64,000 nucleotides of DNA from Flavobacteriales bacterium (GCA_015665275.1 JADFAL010000066.1:617-64616); one strand, 5' to 3'. Shown: positions 40,112 through 49,807, counted from the first letter of the stretch. The notes: generated from the letters alone by a model not told the origin. Numbers and translations: made by a program.

Positions 40112-41233
40112 TTAATATGTCGCCATGTTTGAATCAATTTCCACAGCCCAAGCGTGAATGCCACCCGTTAGGTTGCTCAATTTATCGAAACCATTTTGTT
40201 CCAGAAAAGCAATGGCATTGGCACTTCGAATTCCATGATGACAAACGGCAACAATCGGCTGATTTTTTGGAATGTCAGGAATTCTAGTAGGTATTTGTCC
40301 AAGTGGGATATGCAAACTGTTTTCAAACGAGCAAATCTCCAATTCGAAGGGCTCTCGAACATCAAGAATGGTCAGGTTGGGTTGCGCATCGAGAAGTTGC
40401 TTCAACTCCTGAACAGTAATCGTTGCTTTTAATTCCATAGCATCGTTTTGAATCGCATCATATGATTCCTCCAGTTTGGTTCTTTCGAAATTGCTTTCAT
40501 TCCGATTTATTTTTAGCTGTAAATGCTGGTTTTGAAGTAAATCGACCACTTCTACTTGACCACTTAGCACAGAGCCAATTCCCAGAATCATCTTGAGGCA
40601 TTCGTTTGCCATTCGCGTTCCAACCACTCCCGGTAAAACACCCAAAACGCCCACTTCAGAGCAGTTTGGAGCTTCTTCTGAGGAAGGAGGCTCTGGATAC
40701 AAACACCGATAGGATGGACCGTTTTGGTAATTAAAAACAGACACTTGTCCTTGAAACTTAAAAATAGATCCGTGCACAAAAGGTTTGCCCAAGATCACAC
40801 ACGCATCGTTGACCAAATAGCGCGTTGGAAAATTGTCTGTTCCATCAATGATGATCTCGAAATCTTGAAGCAATTCCAAAGCATTTTCCGTATTCAAGGC
40901 CACTTTGTATGCAACAAATTCCAAGAAAGGATTAAGCTGTTGCAGGCGTTCAACCGCCACTTCTACTTTCGATTTACCGATGTCACCCGTAGAAAAGAGT
41001 ACTTGTCGTTGAAGGTTGCTTGCATCCACCACATCTTGATCTATAATGCCAATAGTACCAACTCCGGCTGCGGTCAAATATTGAAGAACGGGCGAGCCCA
41101 GACCTCCTGCACCTACCACTAGAACTTTAGCAGAATTCAATTTCTGCTGTCCTTCCAGTCCCACATTTTCCAATGAAATGTGGCGTGCATAACGAGCGAT
41201 TTCTTCTTTATCAAGCATTGCGATTGACTTCAC
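40112..41233 (-). CDS. MoeB/ThiF-family adenylyltransferase fused to C-terminal rhodanese domain
   Basis: RYARHISLENVGLEGQQKL...VLVVGAGGLGSPVLQYLTAAGVG (E1-like fold), CxxC pairs, and a C-terminal rhodanese with the active-site loop VAVCHHGIRS. Confidence 0.85.
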   Translation of the reverse strand: MKSIAMLDKEEIARYARHISLENVGLEGQQKLNSAKVLVVGAGGLGSPVLQYLTAAGVGTIGIIDQDVVDASNLQRQVLFSTGDIGKSKVEVAVERLQQLNPFLEFVAYKVALNTENALELLQDFEIIIDGTDNFPTRYLVNDACVILGKPFVHGSIFKFQGQVSVFNYQNGPSYRCLYPEPPSSEEAPNCSEVGVLGVLPGVVGTRMANECLKMILGIGSVLSGQVEVVDLLQNQHLQLKINRNESNFERTKLEESYDAIQNDAMELKATITVQELKQLLDAQPNLTILDVREPFELEICSFENSLHIPLGQIPTRIPDIPKNQPIVAVCHHGIRSANAIAFLEQNGFDKLSNLTGGIHAWAVEIDSNMATY

Positions 41234-41279
41234 TCAAAAGTACGTTTTCCTCGCGAGCTTTGTATTAACTTTACGCTTC

Positions 41280-41930
41280 GTGGAAGAAATGGGGTTTTTT
41301 GAAACAGTGTGGGAATATGCGCTTGCTACAACGTGGTTAGAATGGGTGGCAGTTCTTACCGGAGTTATATACGTAATTCTGGCGTCGTATCAATCTATTT
41401 GGTGCTGGCTCTTTGCCTTTGTTTCTTCCAGTTTATACGTTTATATCTGCATTGCGTTTGAGCTTTATATAGAATCCGGATTGCAATTATTCTATGTGGC
41501 TATGGCTATTGTGGGTTGGTTGAGTTGGAGCAATGCAAATAAGAAAAGTTCTGCTGTATCAAAAGAATTATTGGATTCACCCGAATCAAAAACAGTGGTG
41601 CAAGTTTGGTCATTGAGAATTCATGCAATAAACATTATTGTCAGTGGTTTGGTTGCGTTTGCTCTAGGCTGGACGTTCGATCAATTTACCAATCAAAGCA
41701 ATCCTTATATGGATGCATTCACTACGGTTTATAGCTTGCTTGCAACATTTATGGTGACCCGACGTGTATTGGAAAACTGGGTTTATTGGGTTGTTATTGA
41801 TTTGGTTTCTATCTTTCTATATTCGAGCAGAGAGTTGTATTTATCCTCTGTTCTCTACATGTTTTTCACGGTTCTTGCCGTTTTTGGATTTATTACTTGG
41901 TACCGAGCATATAAAAGCGTTCAAACATGA
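41280..41930 (+). CDS. pnuC: PnuC-family nicotinamide riboside (or related vitamin) transporter
   Basis: 216 aa with 7 TM. WLEWVAVLTGVIYVILASYQSIWCW and NWVYWVVIDLVSIFLY are PnuC hallmarks. Start is GTG 41280 or ATG 41289. Confidence 0.75.
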   Translation: MEEMGFFETVWEYALATTWLEWVAVLTGVIYVILASYQSIWCWLFAFVSSSLYVYICIAFELYIESGLQLFYVAMAIVGWLSWSNANKKSSAVSKELLDSPESKTVVQVWSLRIHAINIIVSGLVAFALGWTFDQFTNQSNPYMDAFTTVYSLLATFMVTRRVLENWVYWVVIDLVSIFLYSSRELYLSSVLYMFFTVLAVFGFITWYRAYKSVQT

Positions 41931-42436
41931 TTCGAATTGTATTTACAGGCCCTGAGTCTTCGGGGAAATCAACCTTGGCTAAAGCCGTTTCAGAATTAGT
42001 TCAGGGAACCTATATTGAAGAATTTGCACGAACCTATCTAGAAGAAGAAGGTCCAGATTATGATGTCGAAGATTTGGACATCATGGCAAAAGGACATGCC
42101 GATGCGATTCGAAATAGTTCTGACGTATTACAATTAATTGATTCGGACTTCATTGTCTTCAAAGTATGGTCAGAGCATAAATACGACTCAGCATCGCCCT
42201 TAATTCACCGATTAGTGAGCGAAAATTGGTTTGACTTGCATGTGCTTTGCGCGCCAGATATTCCTTGGGAATCAGATGAGTTACGAGAAAACCCAAGTGA
42301 TCGCGATGAACTCTTTTTGCGTTACGTGGAAACCTTAGAAAAACTCCGAAAACCCTACATCATTGTGGAGGGCGCGCATGACAAGCGACTAAAAAAGATG
42401 GAACAAGCAATCAAGCAATTGCAAAGAATCTCGTAG
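41927..42436 (+). CDS. NadR-type AAA kinase domain protein (ribosylnicotinamide kinase-like)
   Basis: P-loop IVFTGPESSGKSTLAKA followed by EEFARTYLEE. 169 aa. The start overlaps the pnuC stop. Confidence 0.6.
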   Translation: MIRIVFTGPESSGKSTLAKAVSELVQGTYIEEFARTYLEEEGPDYDVEDLDIMAKGHADAIRNSSDVLQLIDSDFIVFKVWSEHKYDSASPLIHRLVSENWFDLHVLCAPDIPWESDELRENPSDRDELFLRYVETLEKLRKPYIIVEGAHDKRLKKMEQAIKQLQRIS

Positions 42437-42441
42437 CTTTG
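42434..42441 (+). promoter_or_regulatory. Candidate -7 box (TAnnTTTG) driving the TPP riboswitch transcript
   Basis: TAGCTTTG overlaps the kinase stop codon and sits a few nt before the first riboswitch helix. Confidence 0.3.
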
Positions 42442-42443
42442 TG

Positions 42444-42532
42444 TCGTCTCTAAGGGGTGCTATGTCGCAAGACAGGCTGAGATTATACCCATTGACCTGA
42501 TCTGGATAATGCCAGCGCAGGGATTTGACTTA
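42444..42532 (+). promoter_or_regulatory. TPP (thiamine pyrophosphate) riboswitch, THI element
   Basis: ctaaGGGGTGCtatgtcGCAAgacagGCTGAGAttatACCCattgACCTGATCTGGATAATGCCAGCGcAGGGA contains all the invariant THI-box blocks: GGGGUGC, CUGAGA, ACCC and ACCUGAUCUGGAUAAUGCCAGCG. Confidence 0.9.
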
Positions 42533-42589
42533 AAAGCTAATTATTAATTACACAGAGGATTAGCCCCTTGTTCTTGTTAAACATTTTCT

Positions 42590-45043
42590 ATGAAAACAAG
42601 AATAGTAACTATGATCTGTGGCCTTTTACTTGTGCCACTGGTCTCATTTTCACAATCAATTTCCGGAACTGTAACGGATGAAGAAGGAGCTCCAATTTAT
42701 GGAGTAAAAATCCACATTAAAGAAACCTTCCTAGGAACCTACACCGACCCTGAAGGCAAGTATGCAATCAATGATGCCCCAGAAGGATACGAAATTGTAT
42801 TCAGCAAGGACGGATATGAAACTATATCGAAATTTGTTCCGGGTGAGTCCAAGGCTCTTAATGTTCAATTGAATTACTCAGTGCAAAACCTGAAAGAGAT
42901 CGCCGTTATTCAAGTAAGGGCCGATGAAAGAACACCAACGACTTACCAAAATCTGGATCAAAAAGAAATTGACAAGCGCAATTTCGGACAGGATCTACCC
43001 ATGTTGTTGCGTTTTACGCCATCTACGGTTTCTACTTCTGATGCTGGAGCAGGGGTTGGGTACACGGGAATTAGAATTCGAGGAGTTGATCCAACGCGTA
43101 CCAATGTTACCATCAACGGAATTCCACTAAATGATTCGGAATCGCACGGGGTTTTCTGGGTAAACATGCCCGACTTCGCTTCCTCAGCACAATCCATTCA
43201 AGTGCAACGAGGGGTAGGAACTTCTGCCAACGGAGCCGCTGCTTTCGGAGCAAGTATCAACATCAACACCAACAAATCAAGATCTGTTGCGTACGGAGAA
43301 ATTGACAATGGTTATGGTTCGTTTAATACTTGGCGCCACACGGTTAAAGCTGGAACGGGGTTGATTAACAATAAATTCTCCATGAACGCGCGTCTTTCGA
43401 AAATCACTTCGGAAGGGTATATTGATCGTGCTTCTTCGGATCTGAAATCGTTCTACTTGGATGGAACATGGCAAGGAAAGAGAAGTTCACTAACAGCAAA
43501 TATTTTCAGCGGACAGGAACGCACGTATCAATCTTGGTATGGAACACCGCAGTCTGTAATTGAGGGAAATGAAGCGGATATAATTTTATATGCTGACCGA
43601 AACGGAATATCGGGTGCAGATCGAGATAACTTGTTGAATTCAGGTCGTACGTATAACTTCTACACCTATGAAAACGAAGTGGACAACTATCAGCAAGATC
43701 ATTATCAATTGCACTTTACGCATCGCTTCAGTTCAGTCCTGAAGCTAAACTTAAAGGGGCATTACACGCGCGGACGAGGTTACTTTGAGCAGTTCCGAGA
43801 AGACGATGATTTCTTAGATTACGGATTGCAGCCATTGATTCTTACGAATGATACCGTGACTTCGGGAGACTTCATTCGTCGCCGTTGGTTGGACAATCAT
43901 TTCTATGGAGGAATATTCTCCTTGAATTATGAGAAGGGGAATTTTGATTTAGTAGCAGGGGGAGGTGCAAACCAATATATTGGAGGTCATTTCGGAGAGA
44001 TTATTTGGGCCGAATATGCATCGAACAGCGAACTGGGAACAGAGTACTATAACAACGATGGTAATAAGTTCGAAGCACAATCATATGTGAAGGGAACGTA
44101 CCGCTGGAATCGGACAACCTTCTTTGCAGATGTTCAATACCGCCATATCGCATATGATTTCTTAGGAATTGATGAGGTGAACGGATCGTTGCAAGAGGTA
44201 ACGCAGCAGGCCGATTTCAACTTCGTTAATCCAAAAGCTGGTTTTATGATTGACTTCAACAGTTCGAACAATGCATACTTATCAGTGGCGATGGCAAATC
44301 GTGAACCCGTTCGTGCCGATTTCCGTGAGAACACACCCGAAAATCGACCGGTACACGAGCAGTTGATTAACCTAGAAACAGGATATCGATACAAGTCGCG
44401 CAAATTCATAGCGAACGCGAACTTCTACTACATGATGTACAACAATCAGTTGGTGCTAACGGGCCAGCTTAATGATGTTGGTGGATACACAAGAACCAAC
44501 GTAGATGACAGCTACCGTGCAGGGATTGAATTGGATGCAGGGTACAAACTGTTGAAGAACTTGAGCATTGCCGGTAACTTGACCTTGAGTCAAAATAAGA
44601 TTACTGAATTCATAGAATACTTAGATTCATACGATGCAAGCTTCAACTATTTAGGACAGGCAGAAATTGTACATACGAACACAGACTTGTCGTTCTCACC
44701 AAATGTCATTGCAGCGTTAGGATTGGATTACCAACCCGTGAAAGGTTTGGAGATTGGAATTACTTCGAAGTACGTCGGTCAACAGTTTCTGGACAATACT
44801 TCTTCAGAGGACCGAAAAATCAACGCATACAATTTTTCTAACTTGCGCTTGACGTACACCATCAAAGATGTAGTTTTCAGAGAAATTACAATCGGAGTTC
44901 AGGTGAACAACGTTTTCGATCAATTGTTTGAGAACAATGGATATACTTGGGGGTACGACGTTGATGGTGACAGAACGATTGAGAACTTCTATTATCCGCA
45001 AGCGGGTAGAAACTTTATGACACGATTGACGATTAAATTGTAA
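42590..45043 (+). CDS. TonB-dependent receptor (CarboxypepD_reg + plug + 22-strand barrel), riboswitch-controlled, probable thiamine-related uptake
   Basis: Signal peptide, then ISGTVTDEEGAPIYGVKIHI (carboxypeptidase-regulatory-like domain), then plug GIRIRGVDPTRTNVTINGIPLNDSE. 817 aa with a barrel-type C-terminus ...GRNFMTRLTIKL. Confidence 0.9.
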   Translation: MKTRIVTMICGLLLVPLVSFSQSISGTVTDEEGAPIYGVKIHIKETFLGTYTDPEGKYAINDAPEGYEIVFSKDGYETISKFVPGESKALNVQLNYSVQNLKEIAVIQVRADERTPTTYQNLDQKEIDKRNFGQDLPMLLRFTPSTVSTSDAGAGVGYTGIRIRGVDPTRTNVTINGIPLNDSESHGVFWVNMPDFASSAQSIQVQRGVGTSANGAAAFGASININTNKSRSVAYGEIDNGYGSFNTWRHTVKAGTGLINNKFSMNARLSKITSEGYIDRASSDLKSFYLDGTWQGKRSSLTANIFSGQERTYQSWYGTPQSVIEGNEADIILYADRNGISGADRDNLLNSGRTYNFYTYENEVDNYQQDHYQLHFTHRFSSVLKLNLKGHYTRGRGYFEQFREDDDFLDYGLQPLILTNDTVTSGDFIRRRWLDNHFYGGIFSLNYEKGNFDLVAGGGANQYIGGHFGEIIWAEYASNSELGTEYYNNDGNKFEAQSYVKGTYRWNRTTFFADVQYRHIAYDFLGIDEVNGSLQEVTQQADFNFVNPKAGFMIDFNSSNNAYLSVAMANREPVRADFRENTPENRPVHEQLINLETGYRYKSRKFIANANFYYMMYNNQLVLTGQLNDVGGYTRTNVDDSYRAGIELDAGYKLLKNLSIAGNLTLSQNKITEFIEYLDSYDASFNYLGQAEIVHTNTDLSFSPNVIAALGLDYQPVKGLEIGITSKYVGQQFLDNTSSEDRKINAYNFSNLRLTYTIKDVVFREITIGVQVNNVFDQLFENNGYTWGYDVDGDRTIENFYYPQAGRNFMTRLTIKL

Positions 45044-45078
45044 ACAGCGGAGTTAACTACAAACTCAGACTACACTAG

Positions 45079-45118
45079 ACCCCGGTATCTCGACATTTTT
45101 CGATGATCCGGGGTTTTT
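45079..45118 (+). terminator. Rho-independent terminator after the TonB-dependent receptor
   Basis: accccggtatc...gatccggggt followed by T5. Confidence 0.75.
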
Positions 45119-45322
45119 GTTTTACTAAAGTGGAGTGAGATTTGAGGCATTCAATGTTCGCTAGAAACGTAAGCTAATTAGCCATTTGGCTAACTAGCAA
45201 ATTGGCTTATTCTAGTAATTGCCGAAAATTTTGGTTATCTTTTTGTGTCGGGTCATTACCAGCGGCATAACACCAAGTGGTTAAGGGCAGGAACGCCCCT
45301 TCAAACTAATACAATGGGCGTT

Positions 45323-45781
45323 TTACTCTTCCATTGAATTGCCAAGATTGTACAGTGCCTTCATAACTTGACAAATCTCTTCTCGTTCTAGGGTTTCCAT
45401 GAAATAATCATATGCCTCGCCCAATTCGTTGTTAATTTGATCTTCCACTCTATCGCTGAGGTCGTGAGATGAGTCGCAGTCTTCCACTTTTTGTTCGAAG
45501 GCGTCAGAATCCATGCTTTTAAAGGCCATTAAGAAATCTTCCATTTCCTCTGAGGTCATTTCAGTAAGCATTTCCTGTACTTCCAACATTGCTTCTTCTT
45601 GCCCTTTTTCGTCCATTAATAAAATAACGCCAGCCACTTCGGGGTGCAGCTCATCAATCAATTCATCAACACAACCACACACGGAAATTGCATAATCGTC
45701 GATACTGTTTTTGGCTTCTTCAGAAAGTTGTCCAAAAGATACAAAGGGAAGGAGTAGTAGGGCAATTAATGTCGTTTTCAT
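45323..45781 (-). CDS. Secreted acidic protein, unknown function (CxC motif family)
   Basis: Signal peptide MKTTLIALLLLPFVSFGQ. Contains the SVCGCVDELIDE motif and is very Glu/Asp-rich. Confidence 0.4.
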   Translation of the reverse strand: MKTTLIALLLLPFVSFGQLSEEAKNSIDDYAISVCGCVDELIDELHPEVAGVILLMDEKGQEEAMLEVQEMLTEMTSEEMEDFLMAFKSMDSDAFEQKVEDCDSSHDLSDRVEDQINNELGEAYDYFMETLEREEICQVMKALYNLGNSMEE

Positions 45782-45801
45782 AGCCCGAAAATAATAATTT
45801 A

Positions 45802-46371
45802 CTACGTTTTGTTTTCTCGAAATACGCGATTTAGGCGTACATCCATTTCAAAATAGTGCATTTCTCGATCTACAGACATTCCATTCTTCTCGCCCACGTT
45901 TTGAGAGGCGACATTGTCCACCTGAACTACAGAAACCAAGCTTTCTTTAGACGTATTTTCAAAGGCCCAATTTTTAAAATGAACGGACTGTTCCGTCGCA
46001 TAGCCTTTACCCCGTGCATGAGGAAGCAAAGCATAGGTAATCTCCCATTCTCCAGCGATCATATCATCCGTACGCGCAATAATTCCCCCCACACCGATGA
46101 ATTTTCCGGTATCCTTCTCAATAATTGCAAGTTGTCCAAGAGAACCGTTTTTCTGCCGTTCTATTTGTCTGCCAATCCATGAATTGGCCTTTTCTTGGGT
46201 ATTCATGGTCTTGTACTTGCCAGATAACATCCCTACAAACTCGAGTACGGCGGTTTCATGAAAAAAAGGCTCCCATAAAACGAAGTCATTTTCTTCGAAA
46301 GGACGGAAAAAAAGGCGCTCGCTTTCTTGGCCTTGATAATAACGTTTGCGTGTTTCTTCGGTGGGTTGCAT
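45802..46371 (-). CDS. GNAT family N-acetyltransferase (RimJ/RimL-like)
   Basis: 189 aa. FIGVGGII...LLPHARGKGYATEQ is the acetyl-CoA-binding motif A region. Confidence 0.75.
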   Translation of the reverse strand: MQPTEETRKRYYQGQESERLFFRPFEENDFVLWEPFFHETAVLEFVGMLSGKYKTMNTQEKANSWIGRQIERQKNGSLGQLAIIEKDTGKFIGVGGIIARTDDMIAGEWEITYALLPHARGKGYATEQSVHFKNWAFENTSKESLVSVVQVDNVASQNVGEKNGMSVDREMHYFEMDVRLNRVFRENKT

Positions 46372-46372
46372 T

Positions 46373-46804
46373 TTATCTAATTTCGTTCATTACAAAAGAG
46401 CTGCGTACGTTCACAATACTCGGAATTGTGGTTAATTTATGTCGTAGAAACCGCTCATACGTTTCCATGTCTTGAATATCGATCATTAGCGCATAATCGT
46501 GGTCTCCGGCAATATGATAGCAAGATACCACTTCTGGTAATGCGATGATTTGTTCTTCAAAGCGCTGGAGTAATTCCAGGTTGTGCTCTTTCAACGACAC
46601 ATAGCAAAACACGCGAAGTTCTTTGCCAATTTTCTTCTTGTCGAGCTCTACGGTATAGCGTCGGATAATGCCTTCCCGCTCAAGCTTTTTAATGCGTTCG
46701 TAGGTAGGAGTAACACTCAAACCCACCTGCTGCGCAATTTCTTTTGTGCTTAGCTTCGCATTCTCTTCCAGAATTTCCAATATGGCTCTATCAATCGCAT
46801 CCAT
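46373..46804 (-). CDS. lrp: Lrp/AsnC family transcriptional regulator
   Basis: MDAIDRAILEILEENAKLSTKEIAQQVGLSVTPTYERIKKLEREGII is an HTH_AsnC domain, followed by a RAM domain. Confidence 0.9.
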   Translation of the reverse strand: MDAIDRAILEILEENAKLSTKEIAQQVGLSVTPTYERIKKLEREGIIRRYTVELDKKKIGKELRVFCYVSLKEHNLELLQRFEEQIIALPEVVSCYHIAGDHDYALMIDIQDMETYERFLRHKLTTIPSIVNVRSSFVMNEIR

Positions 46805-46920
46805 GTAGATAATTTTTCTAAATCGGTATAGAAATTAATTGAAAATAAGAAAATAGAATTACATACCGTCACTAATACAGTAAAATTGTCTATGATCTTG
46901 ACTCGTATTAGTTCAATTCA

Positions 46921-46928
46921 TAGGTTTG
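46921..46928 (+). promoter_or_regulatory. Candidate -7 box (TAnnTTTG) for the PLP-enzyme gene
   Basis: TAGGTTTG lies 19 nt upstream of ATG 46947, in the divergent lrp intergenic region. Confidence 0.3.
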
Positions 46929-46946
46929 ATTTAAAATCATAGAATT

Positions 46947-48245
46947 ATGGATTACTCGAATATGCGCCCCGAAAGTTTGATGATGAGTTACGGATACAAA
47001 CCTTCTTTATCCGAAGGAGCGATCAAATGTCCTATTTTCCAAACATCCACTTTTGTATTTAACAATGCCATGGAAGGAAAACGATTTTTCGAAGTGGCGT
47101 ACGGATTGCGCGAGAAAGACCCCAGTGAAGAGTTGGGATTGATCTACAGCCGTTTGAATAATCCCGATTTGGAGATTTTAGAAAACCGATTGTGTTTGTG
47201 GGATGAAGCCGAAGACGCGGCCGTTTTCGAAAGCGGAATGTCAGCAATTTCAACATCGATGTTGGAGTTTATGGAACCGGGTGATTTGTTATTGTACAGC
47301 AAGCCAGTATACGGAGGAACGGATCACTTCATCAATCACTTCCTGAAAAAACTAAATATAGAGTCTGTAGGTTTTCTAGCCTCCGATTCGAAAGAGGATA
47401 TTATCAATAGAATCAACGCTACGGGAAAAGGCGATAAATTGGCTATGATTCACATTGAAACGCCAGCAAACCCAACGAATGCCGTTATTGATATTGAGAT
47501 GTGTGCCGAGATTAAGGAACATTTCCACACCGATGAAAAGCAAATTGTATTGTCCGTTGACAACACCTATATGGGACCCTTGTGGCAGCACCCCTTGAAG
47601 CACGGAGCCGATTTGGTTTTGTATTCTGCAACGAAATATATTGGTGGGCATTCTGATGTTATTGCTGGAGCTTGCCTAGGCTCTAAGGAATTGATGGCGC
47701 GGGTGAAAGGACTTCGAACTTTCATGGGCAACATGGCAGGGCCATGGACAGGTTGGCTGTTAATGCGAAGCCTCGAAACGCTCAAAGTCCGCATGGACCA
47801 ACAAGCCACAAATGCACGTCACATCGCAAAGTTTTTAGATGCGCACCCAATGGTTGAACGCATCTATTATTTGGGAGAAATGGCAGCAAATGGCTCGGAT
47901 GAACTGAAGGCTATCATTAACAATCAATTCGAGTCGCATGGAGCGATGATCGCGTTTGATATTAAGGGAGGAGAGAGAGAAGCATTTGCTTTCCTAGATA
48001 ACTTGAAATTGATGCGTTTGGCGGTATCCTTGGGGGGAACGGAAAGCTTAGCAGAGCATCCACAAACCATGACGCACGCAGACGTTAGCCCAGAAGATAA
48101 AATTGCGATGAACATCACCGAAAAACTAGTCCGATTGTCGATTGGCGTGGAGAATTACGAAGATCTAATCGCCGATGTAAGTCAGGCGTTGGATAGTGCA
48201 AGCGATGTTATGTCGATTGATGAAAAACTCATGGTTCAAAGATAA
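46947..48245 (+). CDS. Cys/Met-metabolism PLP-dependent enzyme (methionine gamma-lyase / cystathionine-lyase family)
   Basis: YSRLNNPDLEILENRL and the PLP-lysine block YSATKYIGGHSDVIAG. 432 aa. Divergent from lrp. Confidence 0.8.
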   Translation: MDYSNMRPESLMMSYGYKPSLSEGAIKCPIFQTSTFVFNNAMEGKRFFEVAYGLREKDPSEELGLIYSRLNNPDLEILENRLCLWDEAEDAAVFESGMSAISTSMLEFMEPGDLLLYSKPVYGGTDHFINHFLKKLNIESVGFLASDSKEDIINRINATGKGDKLAMIHIETPANPTNAVIDIEMCAEIKEHFHTDEKQIVLSVDNTYMGPLWQHPLKHGADLVLYSATKYIGGHSDVIAGACLGSKELMARVKGLRTFMGNMAGPWTGWLLMRSLETLKVRMDQQATNARHIAKFLDAHPMVERIYYLGEMAANGSDELKAIINNQFESHGAMIAFDIKGGEREAFAFLDNLKLMRLAVSLGGTESLAEHPQTMTHADVSPEDKIAMNITEKLVRLSIGVENYEDLIADVSQALDSASDVMSIDEKLMVQR

Positions 48246-48327
48246 TCGAACTTCTTTTTTCACCCCTGACATAATCTGACAGTAGGCCAAATTAGATTTG
48301 CTCAACGTTTAACAAATCTATTTTAAT

Positions 48328-48699
48328 ATGAAAAATCCTACAAGCTGGTTTGATATTCCAGCAACAGACTTCGAAAGAGCAAAGAAATTTTACACGACAA
48401 TTCTAGAAATTGAACTGGAAGATTATCCAATGCCTGATGGTAAGTACGCACTCTTCCCACACAACAGAGATGCACATGGAGCAAGTGGAGCAATTCTTCA
48501 AATGGCGGATGCAAAGCCTTCTATGGACGGTGTGACAATCTACCTCGATGGTGGAGAAGACTTGAATCTTCCTTTGGGAAGAGTTGAAGCTGCGGGCGGA
48601 AAAGTCATTATGCCCAAAACTCAAATCGGGGAGAATGGCTTTATGGCGTTGTTCGCAGATACGGAAGGAAACAAATTGGCCTTCCATTCAATGAATTAG
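48328..48699 (+). CDS. VOC (glyoxalase/bleomycin-resistance fold) family protein
   Basis: 123 aa. WFDIPATDFERAKKFYTTIL...FADTEGNKLAFHS is typical of single-domain VOC proteins. Confidence 0.7.
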   Translation: MKNPTSWFDIPATDFERAKKFYTTILEIELEDYPMPDGKYALFPHNRDAHGASGAILQMADAKPSMDGVTIYLDGGEDLNLPLGRVEAAGGKVIMPKTQIGENGFMALFADTEGNKLAFHSMN

Positions 48700-48749
48700 A
48701 AATCAAATGGATAGCGGACTAAATCAGAGGGTTCGCTATCTTTGGTATT

Positions 48750-49166
48750 ATGTCACAGTTATCAAGACTCATATCCATCTTAACACTCCTCCGCTCCAAA
48801 AGAGTTTCAAAAACGGAACTTTCCGAAAAGTTTGAGGTAAGCGTTCGAACGATCTACCGAGATATCCGAAAATTGGAGGAATCCGGTGTTCCTGTAATAA
48901 CCATTGACGGTAGAGGATATACTTTGTTGGAAGGATATAATGTAGCTCCGGTTCAGTTTACTGAGAAACAGGCCAATGCACTAATTACCGCCCAGCATTT
49001 AGTAAATCAAACGCATGATGCTTCCTTTATGGAGCATTTCGATGAGGCGATGGTGAAGATCAAATTTGTTTTTCGCTCTTCGATTCAAGAAAAAAGCGAA
49101 CGATTGAGTGAGAAAATACACGTCGTCGACCTTTTCTGTCCGGGCTATCGTAGTGCGTATCGGTGA
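48750..49166 (+). pseudogene. YafY/DeoR-like HTH transcriptional regulator, 3'-truncated (WYL region missing)
   Basis: HTH_11 N-terminus LSRLISILTLLRSKRVSKTELSEKFEVSVRTIYRDIRKLEESGVPV. The family-like sequence stops near codon 126. The last about 12 codons are antisense of the convergent peptidase gene. Confidence 0.55.
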
Positions 49167-49779
49167 TAGTATTTTCCAAAAATGCATTGTTTAGAAAAGC
49201 ATTGGAATCTGCTGTGACTTTCGAATCAAAGGGGTTGGAAAGTGCTGTGGCTGAAGTAACCGTTCCATTCTCAGCGGAAAAGTAAATGCCACTTAGAATT
49301 GCCATACCCGCGCTTGTTCCACCAATAACGATGTTGCGCAGTGCTAGTCCTTCATTGATCAAACTATCAATAGCCGTATTGCGCCAGTAAGAGATGTAGT
49401 CCCATTGATCGCCTCCAGCAAACCAAATGGCTTCTGCCTGAGAAATTTTTTGTTGTACGTAAGCCTCATTACTTGCCGATGCATCATTGAAGACAATCGT
49501 TTCCACCGAGTTCACAGTAATCCCAAGTTGATTGTAGAGATAATCGTTGTATCCGTCTGACCCACTAGCGCGCAAGACCAATACATCGCCTCCGTCGGCC
49601 CGGTTCAAAAACCACTTCATCGCTTCGTCTTCTTCCGTAGCGCCACCCATTAGACAAACGCCACCCTGCGGAGACGTGGATATATCAATATTGTTTCCCG
49701 TAAAGTAGGAGTTGTAATTTTGGGCGTGTACCGATGTGGCACCGGTTACCAATAGAAGCAGAAGTATAAGTTTCATCAA
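49060..49779 (-). pseudogene. Peptidase S51 / cyanophycinase-like protein, 3'-truncated
   Basis: Signal peptide, then LMGGATEEDEAMKWF, AIWFAGGDQWDY and the nucleophile motif IGGTSAGMAI. Family-like sequence ends at ...DTHYDSPDRKGR. The last about 28 codons are antisense of the YafY-like gene. Confidence 0.55.
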
Positions 49780-49807
49780 AAAAGGTTTCTCTGTCTGTTA
49801 GAATTTG

